Below the pieces are notes generated by a model. The model was not told the origin of the DNA. It made no database searches and saw nothing but the letters and a program-made list of their open reading frames with translations. A stretch of DNA of 64,000 bases from Nitrososphaerota archaeon (GTDB taxonomy: Archaea; Thermoproteota; Nitrososphaeria; Nitrososphaerales; JACQRY01), in NCBI GenBank assembly GCA_016184315.1, contig JACPCU010000010.1:10035-74034 (forward strand), read 5' to 3'. The position numbers and the translations under genes are program-made. This document shows positions 50,276-59,086 of the stretch, one piece after another. Each line of letters starts with the position of its first letter. The stretch's first letter is position 1.

Positions 50276-52474
50276 ATGAGTAGACAGAAGAAGACGGTAG
50301 CGATTCAGCTCAAGGTCTCCGAGGCTCAGCAGAGGGATGTAGGGAAGGGGAGGGCTAGACTTGATATTGATACTATGAATGCTCTTGAGCTGAGAACTGG
50401 AAGCATCGTTGAGCTGATCGGGAAGCAGGTTACTGCTGCGGTTGCTTGGCCTGCGGATCAGGAGGATCGTGGCAGGAGTATTGTCAGGATTGATGGGCAG
50501 ACCCGTAAGAACGCCAGTGTTTCTGTGAATGAGTATGTGACTGTTAAGAAGAGTGACGCTAGGGCTGCTAAGAGTGTCAGCCTTGCTCCGATGGGTGGTA
50601 AACTGGTGGTTGACAAGGAGTTTGCTGAGTTTGTGAAGAACCGTTTGAAAGGTTTTCCGTTGGTGGAGGGTGATGATATTTCCGTGACTATTCTGGGCAC
50701 GGTTATTCAGTTTAGGGTTCACAGGGTTAGGCCGAAGACTGTTGCTAGGATAGAGCAGTCTACTCGTGTGTCGATTCTCCCTGAGCCTGTGGCTCAGAAG
50801 AAGGTCGGTCTGAGAGTTACGTATGAGGAGATCGGTGGGTTGAGGGAGCAGATCAATCGGCTTAGGGAGATTGTGGATCTTCCTTTGAGGCATCCGGAGG
50901 TGTTCAAGCGTCTTGGTATAGATGCTCCTAGCGGGATTCTTCTTTATGGTCCTCCTGGCTGCGGTAAGACTATGTTGGCTAGGGCCTTGGCTAATGAGAC
51001 TGAGGCTAATTTCTACGCGATTAACGGTCCTGAGATCATGAACAAGTATTATGGTGAGACGGAGTCTAAGCTGAGGGAGTTCTTCAAGGAGGCTAAGGAG
51101 AATGCTCCCAGCATAGTTTTCATTGATGAGATTGATGCTATTGCTCCGAAGAGGGAGGAGGTCTTCGGGGATGTTGAGAAGAGGGTTGTTGCTCAGCTGT
51201 TGGCTTTGATGGATGGTTTGTCGGAGAGGGGTAGTGTCATTGTGATGGGTGCGACTAATAGGCCTGAGGGGTTGGATCCTGCTTTGAGGAGGCCTGGTAG
51301 GTTTGACCGGGAGGTGGAGATCGGGGTGCCTAATGCTGATGGGCGATACGAGATTCTGCAGATTCATACTAGGGGTATGCCTCTGGCGAAGGATGTGGAT
51401 GTTAGGAGGCTTGCCGATGAGTTGCATGGGTATACTGGTGCGGACATTAGGGCTCTTTGCAGGGAAGCGGCGCTGCGGGCTTTGAGGAGTTTTCTGCCTG
51501 ACTTGGATATTGAGGGGGAGAGTATTCCGCCTGAGATCTTGGAGAAGATGACTATTTCGCTGCAGGATTTCAGGGAGAGCTTCAAGGAGGTTGTTCCGAC
51601 TGCTCTTAGGGAGTTTTACACGGAGAAGCCTAATGTTAGGTGGAGTGATATTGGTGGCCTTGACGATGTGAAGAGGGTTCTTCAGGAGAATGTTATTAGG
51701 GCTCTTAAGAGTCCGGGTGACTTTTCTAAGATGGGGATTAAGCCTCCGAGGGGGATTCTTCTTTATGGTCCTCCTGGCTGCGGTAAGACTATGTTGGCCA
51801 GGGCTATTGCCTGTGAGAGTGGGGGTAACTGTATTACTGTTCGGGGGCCTGAGGTTGTTTCGAAGTGGGTGGGTGAGTCTGAGAGGGCGATTAGGGATAT
51901 TTTCAGGAAGGCTAAGACTTCTGTGCCGTGCATAGTTTTCTTTGATGAGATTGATTCTTTGGCTAAGAGCCGTGCTTTGGGTTACGATGATTCGGGGGTT
52001 GGTGACCGTGTGCTGAGTCAGCTTTTGACTGAGATTGACAGTGTGTATACTGTTGGTGAGTTGTTTGCGATTGGGGCTACGAATAGGCCTGATTTGATGG
52101 ATTTCAGTCTGCTGAGGCCTGGTAGGCTGGATTTGCAGGTGTATGTTCCTCCTCCTGACGATAAGGCTAGGCTTGAGATCCTTAGGATTGTGACTGCCGG
52201 TATGCCTTTGGATAGTTCTGTTTCACTGGAGAGTGTGGTGGCTGCTGCTAAAGGGTATTCTGGCGCTGATTTGGAGGCTTTGTGTAGGGCTGCTGGTGTT
52301 GCTGCGTTGAGGAGGGGTGGTGAGCAGACTGTTGTTAGGGCGGAGGATTTTGAGGAGGCGTTTAAGCAGGTTAAGCCTTCTATCAGTAAGGAGGCTGAGG
52401 CTTGGTACAGGTCTGTGTATCAGAGGGTTGCCAGCGGGGTGTATCAGGCTGGGGAGAAGGGTTTCTATGGCTAG
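50276..52474 (+). CDS. cdc48: CDC48/VCP AAA+ ATPase
   Basis: N domain plus two [11 protein letters not shown] modules; RPGRFD and RPGRLD. Confidence 0.97.
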   Translation: MSRQKKTVAIQLKVSEAQQRDVGKGRARLDIDTMNALELRTGSIVELIGKQVTAAVAWPADQEDRGRSIVRIDGQTRKNASVSVNEYVTVKKSDARAAKSVSLAPMGGKLVVDKEFAEFVKNRLKGFPLVEGDDISVTILGTVIQFRVHRVRPKTVARIEQSTRVSILPEPVAQKKVGLRVTYEEIGGLREQINRLREIVDLPLRHPEVFKRLGIDAPSGILLYGPPGCGKTMLARALANETEANFYAINGPEIMNKYYGETESKLREFFKEAKENAPSIVFIDEIDAIAPKREEVFGDVEKRVVAQLLALMDGLSERGSVIVMGATNRPEGLDPALRRPGRFDREVEIGVPNADGRYEILQIHTRGMPLAKDVDVRRLADELHGYTGADIRALCREAALRALRSFLPDLDIEGESIPPEILEKMTISLQDFRESFKEVVPTALREFYTEKPNVRWSDIGGLDDVKRVLQENVIRALKSPGDFSKMGIKPPRGILLYGPPGCGKTMLARAIACESGGNCITVRGPEVVSKWVGESERAIRDIFRKAKTSVPCIVFFDEIDSLAKSRALGYDDSGVGDRVLSQLLTEIDSVYTVGELFAIGATNRPDLMDFSLLRPGRLDLQVYVPPPDDKARLEILRIVTAGMPLDSSVSLESVVAAAKGYSGADLEALCRAAGVAALRRGGEQTVVRAEDFEEAFKQVKPSISKEAEAWYRSVYQRVASGVYQAGEKGFYG

Positions 52475-52489
52475 ACTGATTATGTTTTA

Positions 52490-52531
52490 GTTGTGGAGCT
52501 GTAGGATCCCCCTTCAAATATAAATTTCAAG
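52490..52531 (-). repeat. Dispersed ~42-nt intergenic element, copy 3
   Basis: Reverse complement reads CTTGAAATTTATATTTGAAGGGGGATCCTACAGCTCCACAAC. Confidence 0.85.
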
Positions 52532-52674
52532 TTTCGGTTGGCTGAGGCTGCGTCGGTCGGCGGTGGATGGTGTTTGGGGGTGAGGTGCTAGATATGTGCA
52601 TCGGGGCAGAGATAAATACTGGTTCTGTGTATGGGTGAGTTACCTGTTTTCTGTATGCTGGCGTTTGATGGAAA

Positions 52675-52938
52675 TTGAAGGCTCCTTTGAAGAATACTGT
52701 GTATGAGAAGGTGAAGCAGGAGAAGAATATTGTGGATACTGATCTGCTGGCGGAGTTGAATAAGGATGACCGTGAGATTACTTTTAAAGAGATGAACAAG
52801 GTGTTGTTTAAGCTGGAGATTCTGGGTCTTGTCACTGTGAGGTGGGTGGGGAAGGATAAGAGGCGGGTTGAAGTGGTGGAGAAGCCTGTGCCTGAAACTT
52901 TCCCTGAGCCGGAGCAGCAGAGTCTAGAGCAACATTAG
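52675..52938 (+). CDS. Small winged-helix-like hypothetical protein
   Basis: EMNKVLFKLEILGLVTV pattern. Confidence 0.7.
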   Translation: MKAPLKNTVYEKVKQEKNIVDTDLLAELNKDDREITFKEMNKVLFKLEILGLVTVRWVGKDKRRVEVVEKPVPETFPEPEQQSLEQH

Positions 52939-52967
52939 ATCATTATCCCAACGCTAGCTCATTAATT

Positions 52968-53420
52968 CTAGTCATTTGGTTCAGCTGTTTTCCTTAGTTC
53001 TTCTAGTAGGGGTTCGCTTACGCCTAGGTGTAGCCTTATTGGGGATGAGGGTGAGACGGCGATGATTACTCCGTCTATTTCGGCTAGGGCGAACTGGTGT
53101 TCTTTGATCATGGCGAGGTAGTGTTCTGCTTCTTTTTGAGGTAGGATGGTTGACAGGGGTTCGTTGGATGCGGAGAGGATGTGGATGCCGCTTTCAGCTA
53201 GTTGGAGGCGGAGTGCTTCTTTTTCGTTTGGCGGCAGTTTTCTGATGGTTTTTATGAGCTGGTAGAGTTGTTCGGGTGTTTGCTGTGGTTGTGGTGGTGG
53301 TTTGTTTATGTGGTAGGGTTTGATTTGTTTGGATCCGCATACGGGGCATTTTGAAGGGTGTTTGTGTTGGTCGTTGCTGAGGTGGGTGTAGTTGCAGCGG
53401 TTGCATTTCCAGTCCGTCAT
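52968..53420 (-). CDS. Hypothetical protein with N-terminal zinc ribbon
   Basis: WKCNRC...PSKCPVCGS. Confidence 0.65.
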   Translation of the reverse strand: MTDWKCNRCNYTHLSNDQHKHPSKCPVCGSKQIKPYHINKPPPQPQQTPEQLYQLIKTIRKLPPNEKEALRLQLAESGIHILSASNEPLSTILPQKEAEHYLAMIKEHQFALAEIDGVIIAVSPSSPIRLHLGVSEPLLEELRKTAEPND

Positions 53421-53498
53421 TGCTTGGCCGTGTTTTTGGGGGTAAGTGTTAAAGCCTGTGTTCTGTGTTGAGTGGTTTAAGGGGGCTCGAATCCGAAG

Positions 53499-54524
53499 TT
53501 GGGTGTGGATCTTAAGGGGCTTGTGGAGCCGACTAAGTTGTCTTTGGAGAGGCTTTCAGGGAGGATTCTTGCTGTTGACGCGTATAATGCGTTGTACCAG
53601 TTTTTGGCTGTGATTAGGGGTGAGACTGGTGAGCCACTTATGGATAGGAATAGTAGGATTACTAGTCATTTGAGCGGATTGTTTTACCGTAACATGAATC
53701 TGTTGTCTTTGAGTATTAAGCCGATTTACATTATTGACGGTAAACCTCCGAGTTTGAAGAAGGTTGAGATTGAACGTAGGAGAGTTGTGAAGGAGGCTGC
53801 TACTGTCCGGTATGCTGAGGCTCTTGCTAAGGGTGATTTTGAGGGTGCGAGGAAGTATGCTCAGGCTACTAGTGTAGTTAAGGATTACATGGTTGATGAC
53901 ACTAAGAGGATTTTGGATTTGCTGGGTGTTCCGTGGGTGTTGGCTCCTTCTGAGGGTGAGGCTACTGCTGCTCATCTGACTAAGACCGGTGTTGCTACTG
54001 ATGCTGCCAGTCAGGATTTTGATTCTCTGCTGTTCGGTGCTAGGAGGTTGGTTAGGAATGTTACTGTTTCGGGTAAGAGGAAGCTTCCCGGTAGGAATGT
54101 GTTTGTGGATGTTGAGCCTGAGGAGATTGTGTTGAAGGAGGTTTTGGAGCGGCTTGGGGTTAGTGAAGGGATGTTGGTGGATGTGGGGATTCTTGTTGGC
54201 ACGGATTTTAATCCTGACGGGTTTAAGGGGATTGGGCCTGTTAAGGCTTTGAAGATGGTTAAGCAGTACGGTAGGTTGGAGAAGGTTCCGGGTATTGGGG
54301 AGGAGTTGAAGAAGATCGATTATGAGGCGATTCGACGGGTTTTCTTGGAGCCTAATGTGGTTGATGCTTCAGGTTTGAAGTGGGGTGTTCCTGATGCTGA
54401 GGGGTTGGTCGGGTTTCTTTGTGGTGAACATGATTTTTCTGAGGAGAGGGTGAGGAAGGCTTTGCAGAGGTTTAAGGAGACAGAGCAGAAGCGATCCGAC
54501 AGTCTAGAAAAATGGTTCAGCTAA
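53499..54524 (+). CDS. fen: Flap endonuclease 1
   Basis: VDAYNALYQFL, SEGEA, SQDFD, GTDFN; C-terminal PIP-like SLEKWF. Confidence 0.97.
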   Translation: MGVDLKGLVEPTKLSLERLSGRILAVDAYNALYQFLAVIRGETGEPLMDRNSRITSHLSGLFYRNMNLLSLSIKPIYIIDGKPPSLKKVEIERRRVVKEAATVRYAEALAKGDFEGARKYAQATSVVKDYMVDDTKRILDLLGVPWVLAPSEGEATAAHLTKTGVATDAASQDFDSLLFGARRLVRNVTVSGKRKLPGRNVFVDVEPEEIVLKEVLERLGVSEGMLVDVGILVGTDFNPDGFKGIGPVKALKMVKQYGRLEKVPGIGEELKKIDYEAIRRVFLEPNVVDASGLKWGVPDAEGLVGFLCGEHDFSEERVRKALQRFKETEQKRSDSLEKWFS

Positions 54525-54622
54525 GAACTTCCTTACTAGAACAAGTATACAACATAAGTTATCAGACCTCAAGCAACCAACTTAATTATGTGGAGGATTC
54601 TCCGGAGACATGGGATGGGGCT

Positions 54623-55294
54623 TTGGTTGCCGATCCAAAGTCTGAGGCAAGCAAGATCTTAGAGATATTACCAAAATACATTCCTTCTAGATGGGATGGA
54701 AAAAGCGCAATCTTGGAACTAAAAGAAGCAAACTATCAATGGCGACAGATGGAATAGATAGGCTGGTACTTTGAATTCAAAGTAATGAAAATACTCTACA
54801 GTCATGTAGGTGGCTCACTTGGACCACGATACGGTTCAACGCATTTTGATTATCGCCTCCAGAACATTTGGGATTTCAAGGTCCACGTGAAGAATTCTTC
54901 GAGTCACTCTTGGACAATCGTAAATGACCGGGAAGCAGTAGATCGATGTATGAAAGACTACGGTGCCCTATGCATACTTCTGGCTGTTGGACGAGCTGAA
55001 TTTGATGATGAAAAAGGTTCTTTCAAAACTTGGCATGATCAACTGAAAGGAAGACGAAGCACATATGAAATAGCCCGGATCAATAGAGGCGCCCCTTCGC
55101 GAAGGCGCAAAAGCGCGTTTAACGTCGAGTCGTTTGAAGCAATTCAGCTAGACCCATCATCGATAAGACAAGGGTTAGAAAATGGTTGGATGGAATACTT
55201 CCAAGAAGGTATGCGCAACGCTGATGGAAGCCCCAGACGCCCAAAGTATTTGCTGGATACTGCAAACCTCCCCGATAATGTTAGGTTAACGTGA
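54623..55294 (+). pseudogene. Putative type II restriction endonuclease interrupted by an amber codon
   Basis: ORFs 54512-54757 and 54785-55294 are in the same frame: WDGK..I.ELK..WRQME*IGWYFEF..FD...WDFK. Convergent with a DNA methyltransferase. Start uncertain. Confidence 0.65.
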
Positions 55295-55304
55295 ATCCTA
55301 GATA

Positions 55305-56264
55305 TTAGATCCATGTTGCCATTCTTTGCTGAGATAACTCCTCACCATTACCAATTCGAAAGCGACGCCTAGCTCGCAACACAAGTTCGTCAGGTCTTTC
55401 TACATAAGGAATGTAGAATTGACCTAATCTAACACTACCGACATTAGCATCTATTACATCTCTCATAGTCTTGTTCAATTCGAATCCAAGATAGTGGCGG
55501 AAAGTACCTTTTGCAGCAACAGCCGTAGTGCCATTCCCCATAAACGGATCTAACACAAGATGGCCAGGCCGGGTAGTGAAGTCGATGCAACGGATTATCA
55601 GTTCTTCGGGCAATTTGGTGCTGTTCTTCTGCTCTCCCACTCGATAAGTACGATTTATTTCCCATACATCCAACGGATAATGCATAATCTTGTTGAAATA
55701 ATACTCTCTAGATTTGACTAGGAAAAGAATATGATAATGGCTAGTTACAAATTTCTTAGTTGTGAAGACACCAAATTGATATTTCCATATGATATGGTTT
55801 ATCAGTGTCAATCCACTCTTTCTAACCGCGTTAAGAACGTCGCCGAGATTTGTCCAACCGCTGAAGATCCATGCTGAAGATGTCTTTTTCATGATCCTTG
55901 GCAGCTCGCAAATCCATCTTTCGGAAAACTGTTGATAGTCACCTTGAACTTCTTTATACCCATCCCTAACTAATCTGTAATCCCTATTGTAGATGCTTTC
56001 TTTTCCAGTAAAGTCAAGACCAAAAGGTGGATCAGCTACAACCATATCTACCGATTCCGAAGGAAGTTTTCTCATGCCCTCAATACAATCTTCATAGAGA
56101 ATTCGATCTACCTTGAAAGGAAATCGCGCTTTCCTATGTTCATTGCCTGCTTCACTAACAGTCCAATCTTCAGTCGGTTTGAACTGAGCCGCAGCCAGAT
56201 TAGGCACATAACGGGTCTTTCTAATGCGTTTTGGCTTAGTTATGTCGTCATTGCTATCTGTCAT
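55305..56264 (-). CDS. Site-specific N4/N6 DNA methyltransferase (beta class)
   Basis: DPPF precedes LDPFMGNGTT. Confidence 0.92.
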   Translation of the reverse strand: MTDSNDDITKPKRIRKTRYVPNLAAAQFKPTEDWTVSEAGNEHRKARFPFKVDRILYEDCIEGMRKLPSESVDMVVADPPFGLDFTGKESIYNRDYRLVRDGYKEVQGDYQQFSERWICELPRIMKKTSSAWIFSGWTNLGDVLNAVRKSGLTLINHIIWKYQFGVFTTKKFVTSHYHILFLVKSREYYFNKIMHYPLDVWEINRTYRVGEQKNSTKLPEELIIRCIDFTTRPGHLVLDPFMGNGTTAVAAKGTFRHYLGFELNKTMRDVIDANVGSVRLGQFYIPYVERPDELVLRARRRFRIGNGEELSQQRMATWI

Positions 56265-56348
56265 TTAACTTTCCTTGGCCTCCTTACATCTAGACTAAGC
56301 TTCCCTTTCTGATATATTATACTTAACTCAAAAAGTAACTCTATCGGC

Positions 56349-56555
56349 CTAGAAACGAATCTTCCTTAGAAATGGGCAATACAAACCACATGCAACCTGT
56401 CTCCTTGGCCTAGAGAGATCATCTCCAGAGTGACTCACCTTCACCCTCATCTGCCTCTTCAAGTCTCTATCATCACTCCAGATACTGTCGCAACGGATCG
56501 CCAAAGCCGCTGCCAAGAAGGGATTTAGATCAGTAATGCGAGGGGGTAGCCACAT
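56349..56555 (-). pseudogene. PIN-domain (VapC-like) C-terminal remnant
   Basis: D..PFLAAALA...IWSDDRDLKRQ..VKV; N-terminal half missing. Confidence 0.6.
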
Positions 56556-56795
56556 CAGAGAACTCTAAAAGAGAGAGGGTTAAAGTTCAGAGAGGATGGA
56601 AGTCTATGAACACACCCATAGCCGAAGGACAAAGGATTCAGTATAACTTCGTCGAACACCAGCACAGAAAGCGGGAATAGATGTGATAAAGGGTAAGGAA
56701 AACTGGGTGGAATTACTTAAGGCTTATCACCCAATTACAGCCTAACGAATAATCCAGATGCATTTAGGGCGTATTCGAAGGGATTAAGAAATGGG

Positions 56796-56978
56796 ATGGG
56801 CATAGGATTAGGCATCCTCGGTATCATATTAGCTCTAGATCGTCAACGCATTATCGGTGAGTTTGCAGCTGTGAATCTCCTCCTAGTATTCGCAATATTC
56901 ACACTTATCTTCCACTCTCTTTCTATGTATCATGCTTGGAAGCTTCATTCCAAACCTCGTTCAGTCGAGAATCCCTAA
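56796..56978 (+). CDS. Small 2-TM membrane protein or fragment
   Basis: 60-aa hydrophobic ORF. Confidence 0.35.
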   Translation: MGIGLGILGIILALDRQRIIGEFAAVNLLLVFAIFTLIFHSLSMYHAWKLHSKPRSVENP

Positions 56979-57088
56979 ACTACCAACCAATTTTCAACAC
57001 CCAAAGAATCAACAGAACCAAATTTTCTCAAGGCAAAGTGATCCCTTAATCACCCATCAGGCACAACAAAATCTACATAAGTCGAATC

Positions 57089-58003
57089 CTACCACCATTT
57101 CAGACTATGCTTGTATTTCGAAATCTTCTCTCCTTTCGCTGGTTTCCTGAATACGTATAGATGTTCATGCGCAATTTTATAGAAGTCATATTTGTGGCCT
57201 CGCCATTTTTCTCTCGTAGTCTTTGTCCTGTGTTGTAATTTGATAATATCTTCTTGCAGTACAAAGCCTGATTCCAAGAATTTTGAGAGCACACCGATGT
57301 TGATAGGGATATAGTGTCGGTGCTTTCGTGTATCGCCTATCAGAATTGCGCACTGATGGTTGGGTTTCAATATCCTGAAACATTCGTCTGCAACCTTACC
57401 TATCTCCTGTAGAAAAGTCTCCAATTTTAGAGCTGAAAGATCCCCAGGCATCTTGACTCTTGAGTATCGCACAATCCCACAATAGGGTGGATGTGTTGCA
57501 ACAAGATCGACTTGTTCGTCTCGAATTTCATTTAGATTTCTAGCATCTCCTTGGTAAACAGAAATGTGCTGCTGCTTATGTTCGAAATCTAGGCGGTTCA
57601 TCGCCACCATGACTGCGTTAGGATTAATGTCAGCCCCGATACCATGCCTTCCCATCAGTTTACATTCAACGAGGGTTGTGCCACTTCCCATCATCGGGTC
57701 ACACACAATCTCTCCGGGCTTTGTGTATCTGTCAATTAGGTTCCTTGGAATGAAGGGACTCCAGTTCCCACGGTAGTTTCCTAGATGAGTAGCCCAGTCG
57801 CCACGATCAGGGAAACTCCATACAGTCCATTCCTCTGGGACGTAGCTTTTGGGTTGAAACTGTTCTGGCTTCCATTTTTTCAAGAGTTTTACTTTTACAT
57901 TCTCGATTAGAACTGAATCATGGTTTGCGAGAAACTTTAGGTAATCCTCCCGCGTAATTCGTTTCATCTGGACATATGGTGGTTCCTCTACGACTTGTTG
58001 CAT
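57089..58003 (-). CDS. N4/N6 DNA methyltransferase (SAM motif precedes HPPY)
   Basis: YRGNWSP, DPMMGSGTT, THPPY, HEHLYVFRK. Confidence 0.88.
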   Translation of the reverse strand: MQQVVEEPPYVQMKRITREDYLKFLANHDSVLIENVKVKLLKKWKPEQFQPKSYVPEEWTVWSFPDRGDWATHLGNYRGNWSPFIPRNLIDRYTKPGEIVCDPMMGSGTTLVECKLMGRHGIGADINPNAVMVAMNRLDFEHKQQHISVYQGDARNLNEIRDEQVDLVATHPPYCGIVRYSRVKMPGDLSALKLETFLQEIGKVADECFRILKPNHQCAILIGDTRKHRHYIPINIGVLSKFLESGFVLQEDIIKLQHRTKTTREKWRGHKYDFYKIAHEHLYVFRKPAKGEKISKYKHSLKWW

Positions 58004-58077
58004 AGTCCAACCAAGTATGAGCAGCCCATGTCAAGACAGTTTGATTCAAAAAGATAGCTCTGTCAAGTCAAGAAAAC

Positions 58078-58530
58078 TTAGAGACCTAGTAGACTTCGCA
58101 GGATGTCTAGAACAGAAGACTTTGCTTCCAAGTTGGCTATGATCTTGTTATCTTTAGTTACAATGATATTGCCCGCCAACACGCCGTTAGCGATCTTGGC
58201 TCTGCTGTCACTTGTTTTCACGTCAAGGTTCTTCACATCTAAGTTTATAGTGAGATTCACGTTTCCATCAGATTGTCTGAATCCCTTCAGAGTAATGTTC
58301 GCCGATGTTGCGTTTAACCGATAGCCCTGAGCATCAAAACTCACATCCTCCAGATTAAGCTTCAGATCCAAGATGTTTCCTTCCTGAACACCCTGAGCAA
58401 AAGCAAGAAAAGGAGGAGATTCTCCGTCAAAGCTGAGTCTCTGAACCATAATCAGAGGCAACGTGGAAAGATAAAGCAGTACAATAGTAGTAGCAAGTGA
58501 AACCAGAAGTCTCTTAGGCACCTGATCCAT
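58078..58530 (-). CDS. Secreted/membrane-anchored hypothetical protein
   Basis: N-terminal TM; beta-rich body. Confidence 0.65.
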   Translation of the reverse strand: MDQVPKRLLVSLATTIVLLYLSTLPLIMVQRLSFDGESPPFLAFAQGVQEGNILDLKLNLEDVSFDAQGYRLNATSANITLKGFRQSDGNVNLTINLDVKNLDVKTSDSRAKIANGVLAGNIIVTKDNKIIANLEAKSSVLDILRSLLGL

Positions 58531-58848
58531 ATCTGTTCATGAATCGCCTATCCGCATATATAACCACATTTACAGTTGCCAGAATAGAACAAAATAATAT
58601 CGGAAAATGTTTTTGCGACAAGAATCAGAACATCTTGGGAACCTCGAGATACATTCTTGATCCAAAGGCAAGACTCAGAAAACCGCCAATCAGACCTAAC
58701 GTGCAATGTAGGTAGCATCATGTTCACTGATAACGAACATGATGCAGGTGGCAACAGAGAAAAAGTCAAACCGAATACGGCTAACTACTCGCTTCATAGG
58801 AAACCGGATAATGCACATTAAATGCCCCTCATCTGTAACCCATGGAGA

Positions 58849-58968
58849 TTAACGGTCGCTCCTGCTCTTCTTGCCTTCTGAGTAGCATTCTCTTCGATGC
58901 TTTCTGAATACCAATGTCCCATAGAAGGTTTTTCCGCATCTCTTGCAAACATACTTGTCAGGCATCAT
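58849..58968 (-). CDS. 39-aa C2HC/C2H2-type zinc-finger microprotein (below the ORF-track cutoff)
   Basis: MMPDKYVCKRCGKTFYGTLVFRKHRRECYSEGKKSRSDR. Confidence 0.65.
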   Translation of the reverse strand: MMPDKYVCKRCGKTFYGTLVFRKHRRECYSEGKKSRSDR

Positions 58969-59043
58969 CCCGCAGAGAACAACGCGAACTATTAAACGCT
59001 AATTCCTAGTCTCTGAAAACTTTAGCAATCAAGCTGAATACGG

Positions 59044-59051
59044 TTTATATA
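59044..59051 (+). promoter_or_regulatory. TATA box upstream of EF-2
   Basis: TTTATATA about 36 nt before the GTG at 59087. Confidence 0.55.
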
Positions 59052-59086
59052 GTTAAGATTATGGAAGCCGAACATAAACCGGTAAG

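Noticed and set aside
50228-51427. 399-aa antisense ORF over cdc48
   Set aside because: Shadow ORF of a strongly codon-biased gene; no recognisable motifs.
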